A DNA stretch of 64,000 nt from Eukaryota sp. TZLM1-RC. Lineage: Eukaryota; Protista; Metamonada: BaSk clade. Below the pieces are notes generated by a model that worked only from the letters and a program-made list of their open reading frames with translations, searched no databases and was not told where the DNA came from. Position numbers and translations under genes: made by a program. Positions 37,064 through 48,846 of the stretch are shown here, in pieces. The DNA is taken from contig JAUPSS010000010.1 in NCBI GenBank assembly GCA_040285825.1, positions 866,881 to 930,880 on the forward strand. Reading direction: 5' to 3'. The number at the start of each line of letters is the position of its first letter. The stretch's first letter is position 1.

Positions 37064-37134
37064 TATAGGTAAACTATAGCTAAACTATAGGTAAAATGTA
37101 GGTAAACTAAACTATAGGTAAGCTATAGGTAAAC
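37064..37134 (+). repeat. Minisatellite, ~11-bp unit TATAGGTAAAC, about 6 degenerate copies
   Basis: Directly visible tandem repeats. Confidence 0.8.
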
Positions 37135-37235
37135 CCTTTTCAAATAACACAAATGATTATCTTCCACGTTTCCATCAAAGATATCCTCAATGTTAAAATG
37201 ATATCTTGTGATGGTTGTCATATGTGACATCACCA

Positions 37236-38369
37236 ATGCAAGCATTGACACCAGTGCTGAAGATGACATTCTTGACAGAGCAGCCAATGGTTTCAACTGC
37301 AACCTTACCAGAAGTTGAAGAAGAGGCTACTGTTTCTGAAGTTCCCGAATTGGAATACAGTGTGCCCAGTAGATTCGATCACATAGTGCATCTGGATCCG
37401 CTTTTACATGTAAGATTGAGTTATAAATCACCTCCCATCAAACGATTCCACAGTAAAACTGTTACTTCGCTGACCCTCCCCTCTCTTGATGAAAGTTCGT
37501 TGGCTGGTCAAGCCTTTACAGATGCGAGAGAGATGGTGAAAAGGCGCCCAGAAGGTAATTTGAAACTGACTGCATTTAAAAGACACCGAGAATTGTTGAC
37601 TAAGAGCAAAGTCACCATATCGGGAATGCCATCAATGGACTGCACAACACAATCGCTTGCTTGGAAGCGCTGGTTAACTGTGATTGATGTGATCTTTTAT
37701 AGAATGAGACAGAAGCGTGTCCGTCGTCTTGTACTATTGGCAGCTTCCCAGTTTTTGTCAAATGTTAAAACTTCAAAATTAAAGGTGCCCGAAATCATAG
37801 ACAATCGTGAACGTGGAATGAGCTTTGTGAACAACCAATCTGAGTTAATTCAAAAATCCACCAATCACACTTCTCAAACCAAGCTCAACAGAGGTACTAG
37901 AACAGTTCCGAAACTGCCGATGGTGCAGTCAACACAGGGTACCAGCTTGCAACCACACCACCATAACCGTCAATTGTCACATGCAATCAACGTCACTTTG
38001 AAAATCAGTAAGAAACATGAGTTGAAATGTACTTGCAAAATATGCAAAAAGATCGCAGCCAAAAAACAACAACAAGAAGATCTGGCGAAATTATCCCTGC
38101 AAGATCAAATACGGCTTGCTGAGCTGCGGTTATTGGAAAAATGGACGTCTGATGACAACAACAGAGCTGTCAGCAGGGTGCACGATCCTCTCGACTCACT
38201 CTTGACAACCCTGTGCATGGAAGAAAAAAGACGTTTCCATGGACAAGAGAGTAGTCATGATAAGCTTCAATGGTTGCGTAAAGAGGTGCAAAAAATTGTC
38301 AAAATACCTTTATCAATGGATGCAGCTGCTGTGAGGATACAAAGACAATGGAGGAGTCGTAGAACATGA
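37236..38369 (+). CDS. Hypothetical basic protein with C-terminal IQ motif
   Basis: Long ORF, first in-frame ATG 37236, ending AAAVRIQRQWRSRR. Confidence 0.65.
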   Translation: MQALTPVLKMTFLTEQPMVSTATLPEVEEEATVSEVPELEYSVPSRFDHIVHLDPLLHVRLSYKSPPIKRFHSKTVTSLTLPSLDESSLAGQAFTDAREMVKRRPEGNLKLTAFKRHRELLTKSKVTISGMPSMDCTTQSLAWKRWLTVIDVIFYRMRQKRVRRLVLLAASQFLSNVKTSKLKVPEIIDNRERGMSFVNNQSELIQKSTNHTSQTKLNRGTRTVPKLPMVQSTQGTSLQPHHHNRQLSHAINVTLKISKKHELKCTCKICKKIAAKKQQQEDLAKLSLQDQIRLAELRLLEKWTSDDNNRAVSRVHDPLDSLLTTLCMEEKRRFHGQESSHDKLQWLRKEVQKIVKIPLSMDAAAVRIQRQWRSRRT

Positions 38370-39099
38370 GAAACAAATCAAACACCGTAATGGATTGAAA
38401 ACTTTGTGCAGTGTTGTAATTCACAACTTGTCAATAAGCAATGATTATTTATAATTCCTCTTGAATACAGTAATGGAATATTCTGAAAATTGAAGGAACA
38501 ATTCTCAAAATTGGATACCTGTAATCATGGATCAGGTTCTCTCTGAAAAATGAACCCCCGAAGGTGATCTTTCGCCAAAAAACATGACAGAAGAGTGATT
38601 TTTTAAATAACTTTTGACATTGAAAATCAACAATAACAGTTTGTGTAAACAGTTGCAATTTGTCCTGTGAAAACAATATTTTTTTTCTATTTTGGACCCA
38701 AATGTTATTTCATCACCAGAATTTGATTGAGTTAAGGCTTCTTTTTGCCGGCTGATCATTGACTGATTCATCGATGTTCCACTTTCTTTATTGTTTGGTT
38801 CAATACTTTCCAGAATAGTTTGAAGTTGCAGCTCAGAAACTTTAAACCTTCATTGTTATAAGTAGAATAATACTTCAGTGTATTATTTTCAATCTGAAAG
38901 CGATAGGATTTGGAAATAGGATTTTTGTATATTTTTATTTTGATCTTTATTTTGCACTTTGCGCCTGCTCAAAATGAATTCATTGTCTGAATTGTAGCAG
39001 AGTGGAATATCGTTTTGAATACAGTAGGTAAAAATAATGGACAGAGATGCACACAGCTTAAAGCAAATGTTTTCTGCAGTAAAACTGAATAACATGTTA

Positions 39100-40010
39100 A
39101 TGTATCATTTCTCCAATCACACTAAGTCAAACTGATATTGTTTCTATTTCAGCTGGTAGAAAATACCTCCATAATCTCTCTTGTGAAGGTAAATTAGATG
39201 GTTGGGGCAGGAATATTTGCGACTCAATTACTTCATTTGGCAATGATTTCCTTGCACCTGCTCCCATACATATTTCCTATAGCATAAAGAAAATTTACGG
39301 TTTGTACGGTTTGACCCATGATGGTCAAATTTTTGAGTTGGAAAAAAATTAAAAAAATTGAAGAATTAAATAATTTTTGTTGTCATTTCTTTGATTCATA
39401 CATTTTTTGTAGCAATTGATGAAAGTGGCGAATTTTTAATTGTGATATTGTATCTGATGCATGTGATGATTATTTTACAGATGAAGAAAGGTCTAGTCAC
39501 GTAACCACCACCAAGATACCCATTAGCAAGTCTGTTTTTTCCAAGAACACCATTTCAGGGTTTTTTTCTTTTTAACGGTGAATTTTTTTGTGTATTGATA
39601 CTGATGGTTAAACTTAGACGTTTTTTCAAAAAAAATATGATGATGAAAATGCCATAGTGAATCCATCAAAATTCCAGGTTTTATGAATATTTTTACTGTC
39701 ACATGAGTATTATGGAATTCTTACTGTTATTGTCAGTAATGATAAGATTTTTGTTTGGGGCAACACTAGTGATTTTTACGAAGATATTGGTGAACCAAGG
39801 TGTATTGAAGCTTTCACTATTATAGAAAGTATATCAATAGGTGAAGACTTCCTTTTTTCCTACAGCGAAAACACTGTTTTGGCTTCGGGAAGGAATTATT
39901 GTGGTCAATTAGGTACAGGTGAATTGATCTATCGACCACAACCTCTTTTAAATTCTGGATCTGAAATTCGTGGCAATATTCATGATTCAAAACAACCTCT
40001 ATAAATTGTT
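39100..40010 (+). pseudogene. Degraded RCC1-family paralog
   Basis: SGRNYCGQLGTGELIYRPQP and EPRCIEAFTIIESISIGEDFLF match the 27942-29594 gene; many stops. Confidence 0.7.
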
Positions 40011-40089
40011 GAGTGGACTAATTCATTTCCTGTGATAAGGAATTTTCATCAATGACCCGACGACCAGGAATTCCTTTAATCGCAATGAT

Positions 40090-40490
40090 CGTTACCAAAC
40101 AGCAGTTCTTTAGTATAGAAAAGCTGCTGTCGTTGGACATTTTCTGGGGGCATGATTCAATTAGGTTATTGCTTTCACAAGGGTCATAATGCAGAATAGA
40201 ATTCTTTCCACAGCTTTTTGTTGAAACAGTAAGGCATCTGAAGTCCAACTTGGTTCTTCACAAGATATGTTTAATTTATTGCTTTGTTATAAAAGATGGT
40301 GAAGCTGTTGATCAAGATCCTGAACAAGCTATTTTTAGTTCAAAAAAGCAGCTCATAAAGGATAATTCAGGTTCAATGGATAGTGTAGTCTAGTGTTGGG
40401 GGTGTACTTTAAAACCTTGATCTAGCTAAAGAGTAGTATTATAAGGCCCATCAGGCTCTTCATCCATTAGTTATGTATGGGTTGAAAAGT
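40090..40490 (+). pseudogene. Degraded Sel1-like repeat gene
   Basis: YRKAA..GH, MFNL..CYK.G..VDQDPEQA...KKAA fragments across frames. Confidence 0.45.
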
Positions 40491-40563
40491 TGTAGTTGTT
40501 GTTCACTTTAATGAAATGCTCTCACATTTTTTGCCAATCATATTGGATTTTAACAGGAACAAG

Positions 40564-41350
40564 TAAGATTTGAATTGTGTGCCACTAATGAAGCATTTGT
40601 AACAAAAATGAGATTATATTTGAATATCCCCATTAATCAATTATTATCTAAAGAAAAATGTATTTGTTCGAATTCACCACAGCTCAGTTTGCGCCATGCT
40701 ATGAATTGTCCGAAATTGATAACTTATTGTTCTTCATTACATGATGCTGTTAGAGACACTGTTTTCAATATGGCACAAACTGCAAGGATATGGTGTATCA
40801 AAGAGCCCCTGCTGAAGGAAACACTTTCTCTGAATAATTTTGGTTCTGATGATAGAGGTGATGTATACTGTGATTGGATTGATAATTCTGAAGCTATTGT
40901 TGACTTTGTCTCATGAAATGTTGCAAACGATACTTTGGTTCACAGAAGAAAACTTAATCCTGTGGCTGCTCTGGATTTTAAAGCAAAAGAAAAACATAGA
41001 AAATATGATAAAGAAATTGAAGATGCAAATGTCGATAGAAATACACAGCTGGTTTTTATTGCTTTCCCATTTTCGATAAATGGAAGATTATCAGTTGAAG
41101 CAGAAACTTTTTTGGATGACTTCCAAAAAATGGTGAAAGAAAAAACAATGAAAAGATTTGATATTTTTTTATGGCGTTCACGAATTCAATTTGCCATTAC
41201 TAATAGATTACCGCGGTATTTCAATCGAATTAGAAAAGCTTTAGCTAGACAGCAAGCAGATCAAGATTTTGTAGAGGAAATCTTGGTTCAATGATTTTCG
41301 TCCCATTAATAATGAGTTTATTTTGTTAAGTGTGCAAATTCAATAAGTAT
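40564..41350 (+). mobile_element. CRE-like family A 3' fragment (zinc finger + REL)
   Basis: Near-identical to the 3' part of the other family A copies; one internal stop. Confidence 0.88.
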
Positions 41351-42112
41351 TAATAATAAATAAATAACAATTATATTCTCTAGTTGAAAAAATGAAATAT
41401 AAATGAAAAAAATTCACCAACCATCTCAATATCGAATAGGCACAACAATACGAATTGATTATTTTTTGTTTTCATTTTTTTTGAATCATACAAACGAATT
41501 AATACGATGACATTCAGTAGCAGCCGCTGATTGAAAGTTACTCTCTGTCCTTTTGAAGTTAAATAATCATTCGCTTTCAGAGTCGTCAAAACAAATGGTT
41601 TTGGTGCTTCAAAAAGTTATAAATATGGATAATCATATTGAAATATAACTGGAGGATTGGTTTTTACCTCTTAATTAAAAAAGCAAGAAATTACCACAGA
41701 TGACATCAAAAAATTACTTGAATTTCACTGAACATAATACGTCTTGGAAAGACTTCAAAGACTTAAAATGTACTGTGATCAAAAAGGACACCGAGTGAGA
41801 CTGCTGCCACAGCATGTGGACTTCCGTTATTCTGATATAAATAAGCTTGGTAGATAATCAAATTTTTTCCTGGTCTTACATTAAATTAAAGTCAAGTTTG
41901 CAACAATTTTGGTAAAGATTGCGTACTTAATTGATTTAATTCAATATATAAAGCAAGTAGAGAAACCTTTATAAAAGTTCTTTAGACATATTTATTTATT
42001 TATTCTTAAAGATTGAAAAATTTTGCTGTAAAGAGCCTCAAAAGAAAAAAAATAAATTAATCATTAAAATACACCAAAATCGCAATAATTTACAACTAAA
42101 TATACAAAAAAA

Positions 42113-45100
42113 TTAAATTTCCTCCTCAATGAATCCTTCACCTTCTTCAGAATCAACATCATCAAAAACAATCCTTTCAGCGATACCACCAACATCTTCC
42201 TCTTGAACCAAATCATTTACGGTTGCCTCATCCAAGTAAAGCGTCAAAGACAATTCCCGCTCTTTCATTTGCTCAATTAGCTTCAACGCAGTCTCCGCAT
42301 CCCCTGCAGATCTATAATATTCTACTAGCAAAGCTAGAACGTCTCCTTGACGAACAGGAGGTCTGGATTCAGAATTTTGTGTATCAAACTGATCAAGTTC
42401 ATCTAAAAGAACCATACAAATAGAAACCGAGCTATGAGGATCATTCTGGAAATTATCTCGAGCTTTAACAAAACGAGAAAGAACGTCTAGCTTCATTTTA
42501 ACTGTAGCTAGCTGCTCGCTTACATCCTGCTTCTGCATAGCCTTATCCCAGCATTTCTTGGCTTGGGTAAGGGATGCTAACCCCTTGTCGTAATCTCGAT
42601 ATTCATCAATTTCATAAGTGCAGGAAGATTCATAAAAGGAAGCTAAATGTGTGTAGGCTTTTGCTTTGAGGTAAAAATTTACAAGTTTTTCCAAATATTT
42701 GGGTTGACCTCGCCAATCTAATGTTTGTAAATAATTACCGGCAGCAATGTAAAGATCCACTTTTCTTGAAGCAAGAGCGAATGAGACAACTTTATCTGTA
42801 GCGCCAGACCTCACAAGACAAGCCATGGCCTTTTTACTCTTCCCTGCCTGGATAAATCTTTTTGCTGCAGAGTTGTAAGCGCCTTGAACTTCTAGAAGCT
42901 CAGCAATAGAGAGACAGACCGTAGTAAAACGTTCGTCTCCTTCAAGTTCTTTAAGTATAGAATCGGCCGTCTGGTCTGTTAGTTTCACACCATGCTTAGC
43001 GGCAAGCTCTAGGGCAGATTCGAACCGCTTACCTTTGGTCAAAAGCTCAACAGCTCGCTCCATTTCGCCATTGGTTAGACAATACTCGGCTACTCTGTTA
43101 TAGAGTGAAGGATCGGCTGTTTCAGGAAGTGATTCAATCAAATCACGTAGAGCTGAGAAACGACGTCCTTTGATGCAAAGATCTAGAGCACGTGCTATTA
43201 AATTAGCCTTTTGATATAGTAGAATTGCTGAATCAAGCTTATTTTTAGCTTCAAAATACTGAGCTCCATCAATTTTAATCTTGACTTCTGAAGAATTCAG
43301 GGCAAAACCAAGAACTTCCTGATCATTTCCCAATCGTTTTGCTAGTCTATAGGCAGCTGAACAATTCTCTACAATTTTATAAAGGTCAAGAGCCTTGTCT
43401 AATTCTCCTTTTTGTTCGACAAAACCAGCTACATTATAAGCAGCAGCTTTGGCTTCTTTTGAATTCTCTACGACGGCCCTCTTAACAACAACAATAGCTT
43501 TATCTATTTGTGATTGACTACATAAGAGTTTTGTTAAAGGAACAAAAGCGCCTATTGACTCGTAAAGACTGATCGCGTCATCATATTGACCTACTGATTC
43601 CAAATATTTACCCCACCATTTACCTAATTCTAAATCCGTTGTATCCTCGCACAATAATCGTAATTGCTCATAGTTGCCAGTGTTGTAATATAGTTTTGCT
43701 AGAGGAACAAGACTATTTCCACTTGAAGCAAGACTTTCTTTAGCTTTTTTCAAATCACCAAGAAACTCAAAATATTGGGCTTGTTTGTGAAATATTGCTG
43801 ATAAGCTAATTTTTGAGTGCTTTTGAGCAACAGTAATTGCATCTTCAAATCTACCTTGAGCACAATAAAGTTCAATTAAATATTTAAATTTTCCAGATTC
43901 AAAGAAATAGGTTTCAGCTTCACCATACATTAACAATTGAGCTGCAATCAAACCCAGACAGACAAGCTCTCTGGTAGCTGTAGATTCGTCTCTGAGCTCT
44001 TCTTCGGCTCTTCTAATGACCCTCAATGTTTTAACATTTCCCATTTTGGACAGACAAGTTCTAGCAACATCCAAACGACGAGCCTTAATGCACAAAACTA
44101 CCAAAGAAGCCCAAGCAGAAGAAGAATCTATTTTCAACACTGATTTGAATGCTTTTTCGAGGTTTCCCATACACAAATTTTTGGAAAATGAAATGATTGC
44201 TCCCCTCAGTGACGATGACTCTTTTTCTAAACCTTCGAAATCTGACATTACCTTTAATTCTAAATCTCGATTGTTTCCGTAAACAAATAAAGAATCTACG
44301 AAATGGAAATAAGGAGCATTCGAGCCAATCAAAATTGATTGATTACGATTGATTTCACTAAATGATTGGAAATGTATTCCATTTGTTACAAACAAAGTGC
44401 AAACTTTATCTTTTGGAACCACAGAGGATTCACTAACAGAATGGTCCAAAAGGGGTTCTACTTGCACAGTGAGAAGCGATGGTTCGAAATAATCAAAATT
44501 TAGAGTGACAGGCGAGAAGAGATCAAACTGCCACGTGTCAAATAGACCTGATGACGTGTCCATCACGTAAATAACTGGTTTTGTGCAATCATGGCCAACT
44601 AAAACACCAACATTAGAAGCATTTCTATTGATAACCACTTGTCTAATCGAATATTCCAACTGATTTCTAGAAGAACAAACCTCATTCAACACATTAATCT
44701 TACCCATGCTCTCTCTTTCTTGCTTTTTGAAATAGTCCAATTTGTCCACCTGCAGGACACCTACATAACCATTGGAGGTACCATAAGTAAGGTAGGAACC
44801 ACAAGAGGAAAGAGATGTGATTGTCCCAAAACGGGTCGAGACTCTGTACATTTCTAAGGGTTTTTTAGAAACTTTGGAATCGGAAATTTTGGAAGGTGAT
44901 CCTTCCTTGATTTGTTCTAAAGAGTAGACAACTAGAGCTCGGCCCATGGAAATAATTAAGGAATCAGATAATACAGTTACAAGGTGACAAGAAGAGCTCA
45001 AACTAAACCAAAATGAAATATTGGGCGTGTCAGACCGAATATCTTCTAATTTATAACAATCTAGATTTTTTGAATCAAAAACAACTACATACTGACCATT

Positions 45101-46501
45101 TGTGGCAACTCCAGAGACATAATTGACTGTTTCTAAATCAGGTAACATCAATCGATGACGTATTTGATTGTCGTAGAGCAAGACTTCGCAGGACTTCAAA
45201 CCCTGTTGAATTACACTAACAGAAAGTGGTTCTTCATGAATATTCTCTTTTAAGTTATAAACCAAATTTTCAAAAATTCCGTTGCACGTTGACACATCAA
45301 ATTTTCGACACAGTATGATCTCTTCTTGGGTAACCACTGAAAACAACAAAGAATCTTCAGTTTCAAATCGACCAATTTTGATATTTGAAATACAACTACC
45401 AAACTCCAAAACATCAACCAAATCCCAATGACGTGGCGAGTTGATCACGTCATCACCTTCCACGTCACCAGTACGAGTGATGACGTCATCAGCTGTTGGC
45501 CGAGAGTTATAAACCAACAATCTACCTTCCTCAGTTCCTGAAAACAAAACATTATAATAGCCCCCATATTCGATACTAGCGCAATTGAACCTATCGGTAC
45601 TGCTACTTCTTCTTGGGTCCTTTGGGTCTAATAATGATAATAAAGAAAAAGAACCTTCATCAGAGAGTGACCATAACCGCAGCACTTGCTCTTTGGTAAT
45701 TGTGAGTAAAATGCTATTTTTCAAGTCACCAAAGAAGGCATCGATTAGAGCAGAGCAAGACGTGGATAATTGAGCTGTCGAATCAGAATTAATTTGACCG
45801 TCTGTTTTGATCTGATGACGTGATAGTAGGAGATTTGAAGTCAGGGTGATTGTTGTTCCGTCTGAATCTGCTTGACCAATGAAGATTATTGAGCTGTTGA
45901 GGGAAAACAGTTGAAGATGCTCCCCACTTTCCGAAACTAAATGTACCCAACCATCATTACAACCTACAAAAACACCATTCCCAAGGGAAGTGGAAGCTGG
46001 AGCTAGTGGTTGAACCACAGGGGTGATGGTAGAGATTGGGGAGGAAAGACGTATGGTGGAAGTGGAGATGAGACGTTCATCTTTGAGTGACCATATAGCT
46101 AGAGTACCAGAAGTGCAAGCAGAGAAGAGGGTCAATGCAGGAGAGAAAGTGAGTGATGATATGGGAGAAGTTTGAGAGGAAGCATCGTGATAGGAGTTTG
46201 TATCTGTGTTGAGAATGGTGAGAGAGCCGTCCTGCCACCCTACGATAAGGATAGCTTCAGTGGGATGCCATAAAAGTGAAGTAGGGTGAACAGGGCGTGA
46301 TAGGGAGAAAATGGGTTCATCAGGTTCAGATGAGGAGAAAGTAGAGGGTGAAACTCGAAAAACATAGAGAAAGCCTGTTGAAGAACCAACGGCTATGATG
46401 GGTTCCGATGAATGCCATGAAGAGCAGGTGACAGAAGATCCTTCACCTGAGTCTGGGAGAGGTAGTCTACATTTCTGGTAGACAGAGCTGTGTATTGACA
46501 T
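42113..46501 (-). CDS. IFT140: Intraflagellar transport protein 140
   Basis: 1462 aa, N-terminal WD40 and C-terminal TPR. Motifs RRLDVA..CL.KM, WWGKYLES, GNYLQTLDWR, EIDEYRDY.K. Confidence 0.95.
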   Translation of the reverse strand: MSIHSSVYQKCRLPLPDSGEGSSVTCSSWHSSEPIIAVGSSTGFLYVFRVSPSTFSSSEPDEPIFSLSRPVHPTSLLWHPTEAILIVGWQDGSLTILNTDTNSYHDASSQTSPISSLTFSPALTLFSACTSGTLAIWSLKDERLISTSTIRLSSPISTITPVVQPLAPASTSLGNGVFVGCNDGWVHLVSESGEHLQLFSLNSSIIFIGQADSDGTTITLTSNLLLSRHQIKTDGQINSDSTAQLSTSCSALIDAFFGDLKNSILLTITKEQVLRLWSLSDEGSFSLLSLLDPKDPRRSSSTDRFNCASIEYGGYYNVLFSGTEEGRLLVYNSRPTADDVITRTGDVEGDDVINSPRHWDLVDVLEFGSCISNIKIGRFETEDSLLFSVVTQEEIILCRKFDVSTCNGIFENLVYNLKENIHEEPLSVSVIQQGLKSCEVLLYDNQIRHRLMLPDLETVNYVSGVATNGQYVVVFDSKNLDCYKLEDIRSDTPNISFWFSLSSSCHLVTVLSDSLIISMGRALVVYSLEQIKEGSPSKISDSKVSKKPLEMYRVSTRFGTITSLSSCGSYLTYGTSNGYVGVLQVDKLDYFKKQERESMGKINVLNEVCSSRNQLEYSIRQVVINRNASNVGVLVGHDCTKPVIYVMDTSSGLFDTWQFDLFSPVTLNFDYFEPSLLTVQVEPLLDHSVSESSVVPKDKVCTLFVTNGIHFQSFSEINRNQSILIGSNAPYFHFVDSLFVYGNNRDLELKVMSDFEGLEKESSSLRGAIISFSKNLCMGNLEKAFKSVLKIDSSSAWASLVVLCIKARRLDVARTCLSKMGNVKTLRVIRRAEEELRDESTATRELVCLGLIAAQLLMYGEAETYFFESGKFKYLIELYCAQGRFEDAITVAQKHSKISLSAIFHKQAQYFEFLGDLKKAKESLASSGNSLVPLAKLYYNTGNYEQLRLLCEDTTDLELGKWWGKYLESVGQYDDAISLYESIGAFVPLTKLLCSQSQIDKAIVVVKRAVVENSKEAKAAAYNVAGFVEQKGELDKALDLYKIVENCSAAYRLAKRLGNDQEVLGFALNSSEVKIKIDGAQYFEAKNKLDSAILLYQKANLIARALDLCIKGRRFSALRDLIESLPETADPSLYNRVAEYCLTNGEMERAVELLTKGKRFESALELAAKHGVKLTDQTADSILKELEGDERFTTVCLSIAELLEVQGAYNSAAKRFIQAGKSKKAMACLVRSGATDKVVSFALASRKVDLYIAAGNYLQTLDWRGQPKYLEKLVNFYLKAKAYTHLASFYESSCTYEIDEYRDYDKGLASLTQAKKCWDKAMQKQDVSEQLATVKMKLDVLSRFVKARDNFQNDPHSSVSICMVLLDELDQFDTQNSESRPPVRQGDVLALLVEYYRSAGDAETALKLIEQMKERELSLTLYLDEATVNDLVQEEDVGGIAERIVFDDVDSEEGEGFIEEEI

Positions 46502-46743
46502 CGGCTAATAGCTTAATAACGACTAGTTGTAACTCCTTGAAATTGCTAGAAATCAATAGAGTTGACCTTTACCAAATTAAATTTGATAAAATGGTTGTCC
46601 GCCCACAAATTGTTTCAATGCTGGAGAGGTGGGGTTTGATGCTATGGATCTTTTCTGGTGGCATGAACAGTTCCTTTCGTTGTTGAAGAAAATAGTCAAT
46701 TAAGAAAATAATTTCATATAATTTCATTGTGTTTTCTTGATCC

Positions 46744-48575
46744 ATTTATTGGAATTTTTATTTATTTTCTACGAAGAATCAAATAAAAACAAAACAAACT
46801 AAAACACATAAGAAACTAAATTCTCCACGCCAACTCTTAATGAATCCTTATAAAGTTTGGACATCATTAAACTCAAGTACTTGGGAACACTTCTGTACAA
46901 AACGAAAATGATACGATTTTTCCATAAATTCTCTGCAAAATTCTTACCACTTGAACGACATAAATTACCAAAATCATTGATGAAATTCAAGGCGGATTGT
47001 CCAATGTTGCCAAAAATTGAAAAGGCAAAAGGAACAAACGAAAACTTCGAATGAAGGTTCTTATTTAAATCATTTAATATCTCAGTATATTTATCTCTGA
47101 TACGATCTTCAGCCTTGTTTAAATGACCATTAGTACTAAGTAAAACATCATCACGATAAACAAAAGCAAAGGGATCAACTGTAGTGAAATCAACAACAAC
47201 TTGAGAGGAATCCACAAAAGGAGCAATTAAATCACCTCGACGTGAATTAAACAGATTATCATCACTATAATGCTTCAACAAAGGTTCTACTTTGCAACTA
47301 AAATTATAACACTTGAACATCTCATATGTCACATCACGAACGGCATTATGAAGAACTGACCTATATTGGAGAAATTTCTTACAGCTCACAATATGACGGA
47401 AATTGGCAGTAGGTTTTTTGTTACAAATACAATAAGAATTGTCCAAAAGACCACTTGGATACATCCCTAATCTCAACCGCATATTTTGTTTCCAAGCTTC
47501 ATTTGTTAAGTGAAGACCAAATGGCCTTGGTTGCTGAGATATTAAACCAGTACAGTTCTGAATGTCTGATAAAAAGGCAGCAAAGACGGGATTATTAATC
47601 TTAGTCACACTAAGTCGTTTGATAAAATCCAGGTCTTCAAAACCAATAAGAACAGACTTCTGTAATTTCACAACAGCAAGATGAAGATTGGTGAAAGATC
47701 TCAAAGGCACAGCAGGCAAACTTGAAGGAAAACTCCTATTCCAAATATCAACATGTAGTTCTTGCACCATTTTTTCAAGAGAAATTAATAAAGGATGTGA
47801 TTCAATTAAAGGAATATGATCAAAACGAAGTTTCCATTCAAAAAGAAAATTTTTCATACCAACAATAAAAGCACTTTTGCATAAATACTCTGCTTTTGAA
47901 AAACCAACTCCACCAAATTTAGGACTAAAAAATGCATGATAAGGAATTTTAGATGGACAAACTTCTACTAAATTTCCTAAGAAATTTGTTCTCAAAGTAT
48001 TGAATTGACGTGCAAAATCATGAGAAATTGTGGGAGATAAAGAACGAAGAAGATGATTAATTTTTGATCCAAAACACACATTTAGGACCGAAAACGCTAA
48101 ATGTTTGTCAATTTCTAGATCTTGAATAGCCAAAAGTTGCTCTTCGATTTTTTCCAAAATACCTGACAAAATCGATTTAACTTTTTCACTATTTCCAAAA
48201 TAAGATCCAAGAAACCGAATAGCATCTTCCTCGTAATCAACGTATTTGATAAAAGTTTCATTAAATGCCACCACCGCATGCTGATTACCAATAATGAAAC
48301 ACTTGGGCAATTTAATGTCTAACCCTATTTGTTTGGCCAGAAAAACAAAATGTTGTAACCCGTGTTGTAAAAGAGACAAAGGGCCGATAAGTGATAAATC
48401 ATCTGCATAAGCACATATATGAATGTCAGGAAAATCCGACTTAAATTTTACCAAAACTGATTGCAGTGCTAAGCAAAAGAAAAATGGACCCAATGGATCC
48501 CCTTGTTTGACGCCTCTTGACGAAACAATATTCTCAGAATGAAAAATTAAGTTAGAGGGTGATCCATACATCAAT
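46744..48575 (-). mobile_element. CRE-like non-LTR retrotransposon family B, 5'-truncated but with an open 591-aa RT-ZnF-REL frame
   Basis: GVKQGDPLGP, YADD, FLG, FGGVG, CIC...HIVSC, HNAVRD, VEP, RRGD, VDFT, FVPFAFS. Ends TTCCAATAAAT. Confidence 0.92.
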
Positions 48576-48589
48576 TATTGGAATTCATT

Positions 48590-48740
48590 CAAAAAAATTT
48601 CTGCTTCATCTGATAATCTTCCATTAATTGAAAATGGGAAAGCAATAAAAACCAGCTGTGTATTTCTATCAGCATTAGCCTCTTCAATATCTTGATCATA
48701 TTTTCTATGTTTTTCTTTTGCTTTGAAATCAAGAGCACTG
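48590..48740 (-). mobile_element. Short CRE family A REL fragment
   Basis: Matches the LDFKAKEKHRKY...LSDEAE region of family A. Confidence 0.75.
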
Positions 48741-48846
48741 ACAGATAATAATCACAGAACAAATAATTACAATAAAAATAGAATAATACCATTTTCAATA
48801 ATCTTTATTGAACACCCTCAAATTTAGGGGCTCTTCATCTTACATC

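Noticed and set aside
37064-37134. Repeat array as CRISPR
   Set aside because: No spacers, 11-bp units, eukaryotic context.
42223-45773. Many short antisense ORFs in the track overlapping IFT140 and other long genes
   Set aside because: Shadow ORFs of real genes with no independent motifs.
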